Source of the DNA: Myxococcales bacterium
Lineage (GTDB): Bacteria > Myxococcota_A > UBA9042 > GCA-2863065
DNA length: 64,000 nt
Direction: 5' to 3'
NCBI GenBank assembly: GCA_018780435.1
Contig: JADMJS010000157.1
Coordinates: forward strand, 621 to 64,620
This document shows positions 20,501 to 29,060 of the stretch, one piece after another. The position numbers and the translations under genes are program-made. Position 1 is the first letter of the stretch. Every line of letters starts with the position of its first letter. The notes beneath the pieces are model-generated. The model did no database searches. It saw nothing but the letters and a program-made list of their open reading frames with translations, and was not told the DNA's origin.

Positions 20501-23500
20501 CGGCCGCGCAGGAACCGGTCGCTTCGTTGCAGTGGTAGCCGGAGGCGCAATCGCCATCGGTGGTGCAGGCGTCGCCCGAACCACCCGCCGCGGTGCAGGT
20601 GCCAGCCTGGCAAACGTAACCTTGGGTGCAGTCCGAGTCGACCGCGCAGAGCCCACCCGCCGGGACATCTGACGCACAGACCCCGAGCGCTTCGTCACAG
20701 TGCGACGCCGCGACGCAGTCGGCGTCGGTCGTGCAAGCATCGCCGGCGCCGCCGAGAGTGGTGCAGACCCCGGCCTGACAGGAGAAGCCCGCCTGACAGT
20801 CGCTGTCGACGCTGCAAGCGCCCCCGCTGGGGACGTCCACGACGCAAGTCCCGCCCGCTTCATCGCAATGGAAGCCCGGTCCGCAGGCCGCGTCGACGGT
20901 GCACGGATCGCCAACGCCGCCTTCGGGGACACAGGCGCCATCGCGACACCAGAGCCCCGACGCGCAGTCGGACCCGGTACTGCAAGTCCCCCCGGAGGGG
21001 ACGTCGGCAGTACACTGACCGGTGGTCTCATTGCAGTGGTAGCCAGTGGCGCAATCCGTATCGACCGTACACGCGTCGCCGCTCCCGCCGGCCACGTCGC
21101 ACGTTCCAGAGATACACGCGAGCTCGGTCGTACATTGTGCGTCGCTGGTGCACGGCACTCCGGGGCCTCCCTGGGCAGCGCACACGCCGGTCGCCGAGCA
21201 GTAGTACCCCACGGCGCAGTCAGCATCGATGGTACAACTGTCTCCGACGCCACCGGCGGCTTGGCAGGTCCCCGCGGAGCAGATGAGCGCCTCGGCGCAG
21301 TCACCATCGACGCTGCAAGCACCGCCTGTGCCGATGTCGGCCGCGCATTGGCCCGTCGTCAAGTTGCAGTGGTAGCCCACCTGGCACTCATCATCGAGAC
21401 TGCAAGCCGAACCCGTCCCTCCACCCGCCGAGCAGGTGCCCCCAACACACACGAGGAGCGCGCCACAGTCGCTGGACTCGACGCAGCTCCCTCCTGTCCC
21501 GACATCGACGGCGCAGGTGCCGGTCACTTCATTGCAGTGGGTTCCAGCCGCGCAGTCGCCGTCGCCAACACACGCGCCGCCGACGCCCGACGGGTTCACG
21601 CAGACCCCGGCATTACAGATGAGGGGGGTGCCGCAGTCGGAGTCTTGGCCGCATGCAGCGCCCGGTCCGAAGTCCGCGACGCAGACGCCCGCGCCTTCAT
21701 CGCAGTGATAGCCGGTGCCACAATCGCCATCGAGGGTACACGCGTCGCCCGGGCCACCGGCCGGGGCGCAGACGCCACCGATGCAGGTGAGCCCCGCGCC
21801 GCAGTCCGAGTCCGCGATGCAACCCGTGCCCGCGCCACCGTCGAGGACGCAGAGGCCCGACTGCTCGTTGCAGTGGAGGCCGTCGGCGCACTGCGTGTCG
21901 ACGAGACAGCTCCCACCTTCACCGAGGCGCGGCGTGCAGCCCGTGGCTCCGCAGTAGAAGTCCGAAGCGCACTCCGTGTCGGACAAACACGCCGCACCCG
22001 CGCCGCCGTCGGCTTCGCACGTCCCCGTTTGGAAGTCGCAGTGATAGGCCGCGGCGCAATCGACGTCGGTCGTACAGGCATCACCGGTGCCACCACCGGC
22101 CTGGCACGTCCCCGCCGTGCAGACGAGCGTTCCGGCACAATCGGCGGAGGTATCGCAAACGCCACCGGGGCCCGAGTCGCCGACGCAGGTCCCGGTCGGT
22201 TCGTCGCAGTGGTATTCCGCGGCACAGTCGCCGTCCAACACGCACGGCGAGCCGGTCGTGCCACCAACGCCGCACGCGCCAGCGTTGCAGACGAGCCCGG
22301 CTTCGCACTGCTCGGGCCGATCACACGCGGCGCCGGTCCCACCGTCGGCCGTGCAGGCGCCGGACGCGCAGTAGAACGTGCTGGCGCAATCACCATCGGT
22401 CACGCACGGACTGCCGGCCGTCCCGGCGGGCGCACACAGCCCCGAGGAGCAGATGGAGCCCGCGACGCAGTCGGCGTCGACGGTGCACCCCCCTCCGTTC
22501 GGGACGTCCGTCACGCAGGTCCCGTTCGTCTCGTCGCAGTGAAGTGCCGCCCCACAGTCCGCGTCCTCGACGCACGCGGCGCCGGTGCCGCCCGGGGTCG
22601 CACAAACGGCGCTCGCGCACACGAGCCCGGTCGCGCAGTCGGCGTCGATGCCGCAAGCATCGCCAGCGTTGCCATCGGGCTCGCACCCGCCCGTCGCCTC
22701 GACGCAGTGTTGATCGGCGGCGCATTGGTCGTCGGTCGTACAGCCACCGGTACAGAGCCCTGCCGTGCAGGTGAGCCCGTCGGCGCATTGAAGCGTCTCG
22801 GCGCAAGCCGAGCCAGCGCCGAGGTCCGGCGCACACTGGCCCGAGGTGCAGTGATAGCCGGCCGCGCATTGGTCCTGGGTCGTACACGCGTCGCCGGTTC
22901 CGCCAGCGTCTGTGCAGGTGCTGGCCACACACGCAAGGCCCGCCGCACAATCCGACGAGGTGGTACAGCCACCCCCTGGACCGACGTCGGCCGTACACTC
23001 ACCCTGAGCTTCGTCGCAATGATACCCGGCCGCGCAGGCGCCATCCGTCGTGCACGGATCGCCGCCCGCGCCCGGAACGACGCACGTGCCATTGGCGCAG
23101 GAGAGGCCGTCCTGACAGTCGACCGTCGTCACGCAAGCGCCGCCGGGTCCGCTGACCGGGACGCAGGTGGTCGTGCCCGGGTCGCAGCGGAGCCCTGGTG
23201 CACAATCCGCCGTGATCGCACACGCGTCGCCCGAACCACTCGGGAGCTGACAGGTGCCGGCGAGACAGGTCAGCGTGCCGCCACAGTCGCTCGCCGACAC
23301 GCATCCGTCTCCGGGTCCACCGTCAGCGGCGCAGGCGCCCGTCGTCTCGTTGCAGTGATAACCGGACGCACAATCGCCATCGACGACGCAGGCGTCGCCG
23401 CCCGTCCCAGCCGGGACGCACGTGCCCGCCGTGCAGACGAGGCTGCTCGCGCAGTCCGAATCGACGGCGCAGCCGGCGCCGGTGCCGCCATCGGCCTGAC

Positions 23501-25865
23501 ATGTCCCTCCCGCTTCGTCGCAGTGGTAACCGGACGCGCAGTCGGCGTCGATGACGCACGCATCGCCGGCCCCGCCGGCCTGCACACACACGCCGGCCTC
23601 ACAGATGAGCGTGGACGCACAATCCGAGTCCACCGAGCAGGCCTCGCCGGCCCCCGCGTCGGCGACACAGGTGTTGCCAGGGCCACAGTGATACGCCGCC
23701 GCACACTCCGCGTCGGTCGTGCAGGCGTCGCCTCCCGTGCCGAGGACCGTACATACGCCAGCCAGACATCCGAGCCCGTCAGCGCAATCACCATCGACGA
23801 CGCACGCGCCGCCGGCCGGTTGGTCGGCGACACAGGTGGTCGTGCCTTCGTCGCAGTGGAGGCCGTCACCACAATCGGTGTCGACGTTGCAGTCACCACC
23901 GGAGCCCGAGACGGGGGCGCAGACACCCGCGCTGCACGTGAGGCCCGCGCCGCAATCGCTCGGCACGACGCAGGCGGCGCCGGTGGTCCCGTCGGGGACG
24001 CACGAGCCCGCCGCTTCGTCGCAATGAAGCTCGGCGGCGCAGTCGGTGTCGACCGTGCAGCTCCCGCCTGTCCCCGACGCGGGGGCGCAGAGGCCGGAGA
24101 TACACGCGAGGTCGCTCTGACATTCGGACGCGTCGGTACAGCCGGCGCCGACGCCGCCATCCGGCGTACACTGTCCAGCGCCTTCGTCGCAGAACTCGGA
24201 CGCGGCACACTCCGAGTCGAGCGCGCAGCCCCCGCCCGCCGGCAAGGCGCATTGCCCGGCTTGGCACGTCAGCTCCTCGGCACATTGGGCGGTCGTCGTA
24301 CACGCCGAACCCGGGAGCCCGTCGGCGACACACTCGCCCGTGACCGGGCTGCAGTAGTAGGCCGCCGCACAGTCGGCGTCGGTCGCACACGGCGACGTCG
24401 TCGTGCCGGCGTCCTGGCAGGTGCCGCTGGTGCAGACGAGGACACCGGCACAGTCGCCGTCGCGGGTGCACGCCCCGCCCGAGGTGACATCGGCGGCACA
24501 GGTCCCGCTTCCGAAGTCGCAATGGAATGCGGTGGCGCAGTCGCCGTCCGCCGTGCAGGCGGTCCCGCCGGTGCCGGGCTCCGCGCACACCCCGGCGTCG
24601 CAGACGAGGCCGACCGTGCAGTCGGTGTCGACGCCGCAGGGGCCGCCACTCACGACGTCGGCGACGCACAGGCCGGAGACCTCGTTGCAGTGAAGCCCAT
24701 CGGCGCAGTCGGCGTCTTCCACGCAGCTCCCGCCCGATCCGACTTGGGGCGCACAGACGCCCGCGATGCAGGTCAGGCCGGCGCCGCAGTCCGAGTCCGC
24801 GGAACAGGTGCTGCCGGTCGAGCCGTCGGCAATACAGGTCCCGGTCGTTTCGTTACAATGGAAGCCATTGGCACAATCGTTGTCGACGCCACAGCCGGTG
24901 CCGGTACCACCGCCGATCTCACAGGTTGCGACAGCACAAACCTGCCCGATGGGGCAATCGGTCTTCACGGCGCAGCAGGTGGCGGTGACATCGGGATCGG
25001 CGGCGTCGACGAGGCCATCGCAGTCGTTGTCGAGGAGATCGCAGGACGCCTCGGCAAGCTCGTAGGTCGTGAGCACAGCAGCGTAATCGGCCGGCGTGCA
25101 GGCGCTCCACGCGCCCCCGAGACAGAGGCTGGCGCGTTTGTTCGCGTCGCCGCAAACGCCGACTGTGTTCTCGCACGGGACGACGTCGTCCGTGGTCAGC
25201 GACGGGTCGTCGCGGTCGACCAGCAGATCACAGGTGTCGTCGATGCCGTTGCACATCTCAAGCGCGAGGTGAGAGCGAGTGGGATCGAGATCCTGGCAGT
25301 CGTCCGCGTCCGGATCGCCGTCGCCATCGGAGTCCCGATCGCAGAAGTTGAGGCGCCCGTCCCCGTCGACGTCGGGCGAGTTCGGGCCCGATATCTGGCC
25401 GAGCAGCATCTGGATCATGAACTGGAAGTCGACGTTCGAGATGTCGTCGTCACAGTTCAAGTCGGCGTTCCGGCGCTGCGTCGTGCCGAGACAGGTCGCG
25501 GAGACCTCGGTGTCGCTTGCGCACGTGACCGCGGGGTCTTCTCCGATGGTCACCGTGTCGGCGAGGCAGTCGGGCACGCATATCTTGAAGCCGGCATAGG
25601 CGCGCTGGCAGACGCCTTCCGGGCAATCTCCATCGACCGAACAGGCGTCCCCGGTGACGGGCTCCTGCAGCGTCCAGAGCTCGTGGGTGAGGACGAGGCA
25701 CTGGAGGTCCGCTGACGTCACCCGGTCATCACCGGTGAGGTCGCCGGCAGGGGCCGTCGTGATGGGGACCGCCCACGCCGCGATAGGCGATGCGAGCAGA
25801 ATAGCGACGGCGGCAGCGGTGAGGCGGGCTGATCCGCCGAGTCGATGGAGAATCGAGTTCATCAC
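17523..25865 (-). CDS. Giant secreted Cys-rich repeat protein: split dockerin-like N-terminus, Ca-binding/MopE-like motifs, about 60-70 four-Cys modules, C-terminal cohesin-like domain
   Basis: Signal peptide AWA|VP; GDLTGDDRVTSADLQCL...ADLNCDDDISNVDFQFMIQMLLG; EMCNGIDDTCD and CDLLDNDCDG; long GxxCxxDxDCxxGxxC array. Start is coupled to the upstream stop (GTGA/TGATG). Confidence 0.88.
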   Translation of the reverse strand: MMNSILHRLGGSARLTAAAVAILLASPIAAWAVPITTAPAGDLTGDDRVTSADLQCLVLTHELWTLQEPVTGDACSVDGDCPEGVCQRAYAGFKICVPDCLADTVTIGEDPAVTCASDTEVSATCLGTTQRRNADLNCDDDISNVDFQFMIQMLLGQISGPNSPDVDGDGRLNFCDRDSDGDGDPDADDCQDLDPTRSHLALEMCNGIDDTCDLLVDRDDPSLTTDDVVPCENTVGVCGDANKRASLCLGGAWSACTPADYAAVLTTYELAEASCDLLDNDCDGLVDAADPDVTATCCAVKTDCPIGQVCAVATCEIGGGTGTGCGVDNDCANGFHCNETTGTCIADGSTGSTCSADSDCGAGLTCIAGVCAPQVGSGGSCVEDADCADGLHCNEVSGLCVADVVSGGPCGVDTDCTVGLVCDAGVCAEPGTGGTACTADGDCATAFHCDFGSGTCAADVTSGGACTRDGDCAGVLVCTSGTCQDAGTTTSPCATDADCAAAYYCSPVTGECVADGLPGSACTTTAQCAEELTCQAGQCALPAGGGCALDSECAASEFCDEGAGQCTPDGGVGAGCTDASECQSDLACISGLCAPASGTGGSCTVDTDCAAELHCDEAAGSCVPDGTTGAACVVPSDCGAGLTCSAGVCAPVSGSGGDCNVDTDCGDGLHCDEGTTTCVADQPAGGACVVDGDCADGLGCLAGVCTVLGTGGDACTTDAECAAAYHCGPGNTCVADAGAGEACSVDSDCASTLICEAGVCVQAGGAGDACVIDADCASGYHCDEAGGTCQADGGTGAGCAVDSDCASSLVCTAGTCVPAGTGGDACVVDGDCASGYHCNETTGACAADGGPGDGCVSASDCGGTLTCLAGTCQLPSGSGDACAITADCAPGLRCDPGTTTCVPVSGPGGACVTTVDCQDGLSCANGTCVVPGAGGDPCTTDGACAAGYHCDEAQGECTADVGPGGGCTTSSDCAAGLACVASTCTDAGGTGDACTTQDQCAAGYHCTSGQCAPDLGAGSACAETLQCADGLTCTAGLCTGGCTTDDQCAADQHCVEATGGCEPDGNAGDACGIDADCATGLVCASAVCATPGGTGAACVEDADCGAALHCDETNGTCVTDVPNGGGCTVDADCVAGSICSSGLCAPAGTAGSPCVTDGDCASTFYCASGACTADGGTGAACDRPEQCEAGLVCNAGACGVGGTTGSPCVLDGDCAAEYHCDEPTGTCVGDSGPGGVCDTSADCAGTLVCTAGTCQAGGGTGDACTTDVDCAAAYHCDFQTGTCEADGGAGAACLSDTECASDFYCGATGCTPRLGEGGSCLVDTQCADGLHCNEQSGLCVLDGGAGTGCIADSDCGAGLTCIGGVCAPAGGPGDACTLDGDCGTGYHCDEGAGVCVADFGPGAACGQDSDCGTPLICNAGVCVNPSGVGGACVGDGDCAAGTHCNEVTGTCAVDVGTGGSCVESSDCGALLVCVGGTCSAGGGTGSACSLDDECQVGYHCNLTTGQCAADIGTGGACSVDGDCAEALICSAGTCQAAGGVGDSCTIDADCAVGYYCSATGVCAAQGGPGVPCTSDAQCTTELACISGTCDVAGGSGDACTVDTDCATGYHCNETTGQCTADVPSGGTCSTGSDCASGLWCRDGACVPEGGVGDPCTVDAACGPGFHCDEAGGTCVVDVPSGGACSVDSDCQAGFSCQAGVCTTLGGAGDACTTDADCVAASHCDEALGVCASDVPAGGLCAVDSDCTQGYVCQAGTCTAAGGSGDACTTDGDCASGYHCNEATGSCAADIGGGGACVVDTDCASGLSCLGGTCQPSGTGGDACTLDSDCAEAYHCAAGTCAVDVPGGGACAEDSDCVSGFACQAGVCTEAGGLGDACVVDADCGVGLHCVEATGTCAPDSPIGGACTVDGDCADTLICTAGVCGEAGGGGDACVVDADCAAGYRCDELIGQCTAILPGGPCTAVSDCLIGQVCDAGLCTDPGATCTSDLDCPSDRHCNETTGQCAVDVPGGGACGQDSDCIADYTCLAGVCTVQGGGGDACTSDAECAIGYHCAVATGTCAADVGNGGPCVVDGDCVAGSICDSGACAPAGGGGATCVSDTDCAAGFHCDEGLGFCAADQPIGGTCSTDSDCGDGLICQAGLCAPVITTGCVQDVDCGPGFHCNEALETCVADGGAGAGCDVDTDCAAPLVCGQGTCVEAGGAGDPCVTDGGCGAGLHCDEPTGQCVPDLGPGAACTAPSDCVAGYTCIAGVCSEELGGGGACTVDTDCAAGFHCASGVCTTDVGLGGGCASTSECADGLTCSSGQCREPLGGGEACTADSDCGPAFHCAAGVCAADVGIGDGCTSDAMCTPDLVCALGVCNPAGGTGAPCATDSDCDVAYHCSAGACAVDGPAGSGCTLSSECQDGLVCLASVCSTSGGAGDPCTTSANCGQGFLCQAGQCVQGVADGGACTVGGDCLSGYCGGGRCCSGGDCCATALDCPAAYTTSASCTDAGTCSGERLEAVCTNSVCGSEVVPDDSACGAGQTRLCGDYLDVACTGALDQTVNACPALCVVDGQCKSGSRCVDNACTPILCEITGSAGENVRCTLAMARSAQAGSAPAAANLTLALPAGATFNGVYACNPLPNNPATVCSNKPEGYCATTFPADAPICDAASGRCASCSVKAPNESVTLSSGHQVNTCAQLGGSCPADQHQMVIFSPSSGPVITQAYVGVTGSITGNPNFITLDFTIGTAGTHSVTLQPGADFDAATVSASPLTLTVKHGPTPANPAHWIEAAPAP
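18470..24980 (-). repeat. Degenerate tandem array of about 33 aa four-cysteine modules, alternating A/B types (about 200 bp di-repeat)
   Basis: Type A GGACxxDxDCxxGLxCxAGxC alternates with type B GDACxxDxDCxxGYHCxExxGxC through the translation; boundaries are approximate. Confidence 0.85.
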
Positions 25866-28729
25866 TTCACCTCCGTCACGAAGCCGCGACCGGGTCCAAG
25901 AGGCAGCAGCTCCCAGGGGAGCTCGAGACCATTCGGGGGATTGAGCGACACGTCGCTGACGCCGACCCGGAACGGCGAGGCCGGCGTGAACGTGGCGGCG
26001 AGCCTGAAGCGCGCCTTCAAGAGCAGTGGATCACCGCTCACGGAGCCGCCGGAGTCGATGACGGCGCCCGTCAGCGGCGTTGACGGCTGCGACGAGTGAT
26101 AGACCGTCAGGGCGAGCTTGTTCGCCCAGTCTTTCTTGTGCTTCGGGATGCCGATGACTTGGTGGTGCGCAGGCTCGAGGCTGCCCCACACGCAGGCGCC
26201 GCCGTTCTCGTCGCACTCGGCGAGCGAATAGTCGAAGCAGATGGCGCCGAAACACGCGGCGTCGACCACGTCGATGAGCTGGGCCTCGGTCGCCTTCCAC
26301 TGCAGGACGACATCGAAGCCGGTGGGCAGGGCGGAGCCGGTGAGCGACGCGACTTGGACGAGGCAGTCGACCTCGTCGGTCGCGTTACCTGCGAGCTCGC
26401 ACATCGTCCCGACGACACAGCCGACGGGCGCGTCGTGCAGACATCCCTCGCTGGGGCTGCAGCTATCGAGAGTGCAGTCGATGCCGTCGTCGCACGATTG
26501 CGGCTGACCGTCGCACACGCCGGTCGCGGGTGCACAGGCCCAGTCGACCTTACATTGGTACCCATCCGGCGGGCACACGACCACGGTGGCCGGGTCGAGC
26601 TCACACGTCCCCGCGTTGCACACGAGGACGCCGGTACAGGCGTCCCCGTCGTCTTTGGCGATGCAGTCGTCGTCGCCTTCGCAGCCGCACGTGGCCACGT
26701 CTGGGACGCCACTACAGCCGATCGGCGAACACTGGTCGTTCATGGTGCAAGGGTCCCCGTCGTCGCACGCGCCCATGCCGTCGCTCTGCTTGCAACCTTG
26801 ACCGACGACGCACGTGCCAACCGAACACGCGACGCCGTCGTCGCAAGCGCCGTCGTCCGGTGTGATGGCGCAGCCCGTCTCGGGCTCGCAGGCGTCGAGT
26901 GTACACGCGATCCCATCGTCGCAGCCGACGGGCACGCCCGTGCAGACGGCGGCGCCGCTGCACTTGTCGTCTTGGGTGCAGGCGTCGTCGTCATCGCAAA
27001 GAGCGCCGACCTTGGCGGTGGGCTCACAAGCGCCGGTCGCGGGGTCGCACGCGCTGTCGACGCACGGGCTGTCGTCGTTGCAGACCGGTGGTGCCTTGGG
27101 CTCGACGTCGCAATGGCCAGCCCCATCACACGCGCCGGTGGTCGTACAGGCGTCGTCGACGGGGCACGCCATCGTGTCGGCGGCGAACTGACCTCCCACG
27201 CACTGACCGTTCTGGCACGCGTCTGACGTCGTACAGGGGTTTTCATCGTCACAAGCGCCGTCGGTGGCTGCGTTCGAACAGAGCCCCGCGGTGCAGGCGT
27301 CCGCCGTACACGGATTCAGGTCCGCGCAGAGCGTCGTGCCGCAGGGGACCTCGCCCGTGAGGACCACGGCCCCCACCAGCTTCGAGGTGAGCTCGACACC
27401 TGCGGCGGTGTAGGCCTCGACCGCCTTCAGATGCACCGGCGCAGCGAGCGTGTCTTTGGTCAGCACGAAGCGGAAGGTGGTGACCTCGGCGTCGCCAACG
27501 ACCTGCTCGTCCTCGACGAAGGCCATCGTGATCGGCCGGTTCGGATCGCCCAGGTGGGCGAGCTCAACGGTGCCCTGCCCCGCCCAGTCGGCCGGCGCCG
27601 GCGGGCTGGCGATCAGAGTGTGGCCGCTCGGGTCGAGGGCGCTGCCAGCGTCGGGGCGGAGGACCGTCGTGCATGGTCCTCCGTTCGGGAAGCAGACCCG
27701 GTCCTCGAAGCCGGCGAAGCTGGCGTCGCCTTCCGGCCAGGCGAGCGCGAAAGCGAGGGTGGCGGCCGCGGCTTCATCGCCGGCAGACCGCGCGAGCTGA
27801 AGATCACAACGAACGACGTCTCCCACCTTGCCAGAGAGGACACAGAGCACGGCGCAATCGGCTTCCACGTCGGCGTCACAGGCGCCGCCGGCGCAGACAC
27901 CAGCGCCGCCGCACGCGCTGGCGATCTGGCAGGCGCCGCCGTCGTTCGGTGCGGACGAACACTTCCCGTCATTCCCGCAGGTCTCGGTGGTGCAGACGTT
28001 GCCGTCGTCGCAGTCGGCGTTGGTGCTACAACAGGGGACGGACGGGTCGAGGTCGTGCTGGCAGCCGAGGGTGGGGTCGCACGAGTCGGCGGTGCACGCC
28101 TTGCCGTCGTCGCAGTTCAGCGGGCCGACCGACAGGCACCCGGACGCTGCCTGACAGCTCTCGGCGCCATTGCAGACGTTCGAGTCGTCTTCGCAGGAGA
28201 GCGGCGCGCCCGGGACACACCCCGTCGATGGTTCGCAGCTCTCGGGGCCATTGCAGGCGTCGCCGTCGGCACACGAGAGCGGCGTCCCGGGCTCGCACCC
28301 CGCGGCGCCGCAGGTCTCCGCGCCATTGCAGGCGTTGCCGTCAGAGCAGCCGGGCGTGGTGGGTTCGCAGATGAGGTCCGCTGCCGACGCGCCCGGCGCC
28401 GGCTCGACGCATCGGTCGCCGAACGAACAGGCGTCGCCATCGTCGCACGTCGCGCCGAGTGCCGCGGGCCCCGTGGTGCAGAAGCCGCCCTCGCACACGC
28501 CGACCTGGCAGGCCCCTGCAGGGCATTCGGCGTCGGTGTCGCAGGCGGTCACCGTGGTGTCGCCCGTTCCCGTGGCATCGCCGCTCACGTCGGTCGAGAC
28601 GTCGTCGGAGGTCACGGGCGGTGCCGATGACTCTCCCCCGCACGCGAGTACCAGGGTGAGTACGAAGGTCCGCCCGTAAGAGGCTCGGAGGATGGACCGC
28701 GTGAGGCAGGTCCAGTGTTTCTGTATCAT
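25862..28729 (-). CDS. Cys-rich lipoprotein with CDDGNxCT/CNG repeats and two cohesin-like domains
   Basis: Lipobox VLAC-GG. Start reassigned to ATG 28729 (GGAG RBS). Non-repeat domains begin LCVLSGKVGDVVRC and MCELAGNATDEVDC. Confidence 0.85.
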   Translation of the reverse strand: MIQKHWTCLTRSILRASYGRTFVLTLVLACGGESSAPPVTSDDVSTDVSGDATGTGDTTVTACDTDAECPAGACQVGVCEGGFCTTGPAALGATCDDGDACSFGDRCVEPAPGASAADLICEPTTPGCSDGNACNGAETCGAAGCEPGTPLSCADGDACNGPESCEPSTGCVPGAPLSCEDDSNVCNGAESCQAASGCLSVGPLNCDDGKACTADSCDPTLGCQHDLDPSVPCCSTNADCDDGNVCTTETCGNDGKCSSAPNDGGACQIASACGGAGVCAGGACDADVEADCAVLCVLSGKVGDVVRCDLQLARSAGDEAAAATLAFALAWPEGDASFAGFEDRVCFPNGGPCTTVLRPDAGSALDPSGHTLIASPPAPADWAGQGTVELAHLGDPNRPITMAFVEDEQVVGDAEVTTFRFVLTKDTLAAPVHLKAVEAYTAAGVELTSKLVGAVVLTGEVPCGTTLCADLNPCTADACTAGLCSNAATDGACDDENPCTTSDACQNGQCVGGQFAADTMACPVDDACTTTGACDGAGHCDVEPKAPPVCNDDSPCVDSACDPATGACEPTAKVGALCDDDDACTQDDKCSGAAVCTGVPVGCDDGIACTLDACEPETGCAITPDDGACDDGVACSVGTCVVGQGCKQSDGMGACDDGDPCTMNDQCSPIGCSGVPDVATCGCEGDDDCIAKDDGDACTGVLVCNAGTCELDPATVVVCPPDGYQCKVDWACAPATGVCDGQPQSCDDGIDCTLDSCSPSEGCLHDAPVGCVVGTMCELAGNATDEVDCLVQVASLTGSALPTGFDVVLQWKATEAQLIDVVDAACFGAICFDYSLAECDENGGACVWGSLEPAHHQVIGIPKHKKDWANKLALTVYHSSQPSTPLTGAVIDSGGSVSGDPLLLKARFRLAATFTPASPFRVGVSDVSLNPPNGLELPWELLPLGPGRGFVTEVK

Positions 28730-29060
28730 CACGTCGTCTCTCCACCGCCGCATGCGGAGTCGCGACTCTAGCACTTCTCGGAGCGGAAGCCGACATCGGA
28801 CTTGCGTCTTGACGCGATTCCGACAGGAACCTCGGCCAACCTTCCGGACGAACGCTACGTGGAGATGGACCAAATCTGGAGAGGCCCGTCCCACCGCGAT
28901 CCTCGTGGAAGTGGACCCCTGGTCCAACTCCATCTGTTGAATCCGGCCTTCTTTTGGCCGAGGTTCCTGTCCGACGCCCGAGTGCACGGGGCGAATTGGG
29001 ACATCGTCCCGCAAAACCGCCCCAAAGAGAGTACCGAAAGCCCGTGGACCCTCGCCCGAC

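Noticed and set aside
20700-25715. 1,671 aa plus-strand ORF and other long antisense ORFs over the Cys-rich genes
   Set aside because: Shadow ORFs caused by GC-rich, repetitive codon use on the coding strand; low-complexity A/R/G/V translation with no motifs.
28998-29010. GGGAC-ATC-GTCCC palindrome, with a similar GGGACAAAACGTCC near 32080, as a shared operator of the scaffold locus
   Set aside because: Short arms and different spacing; expected by chance at this GC content.
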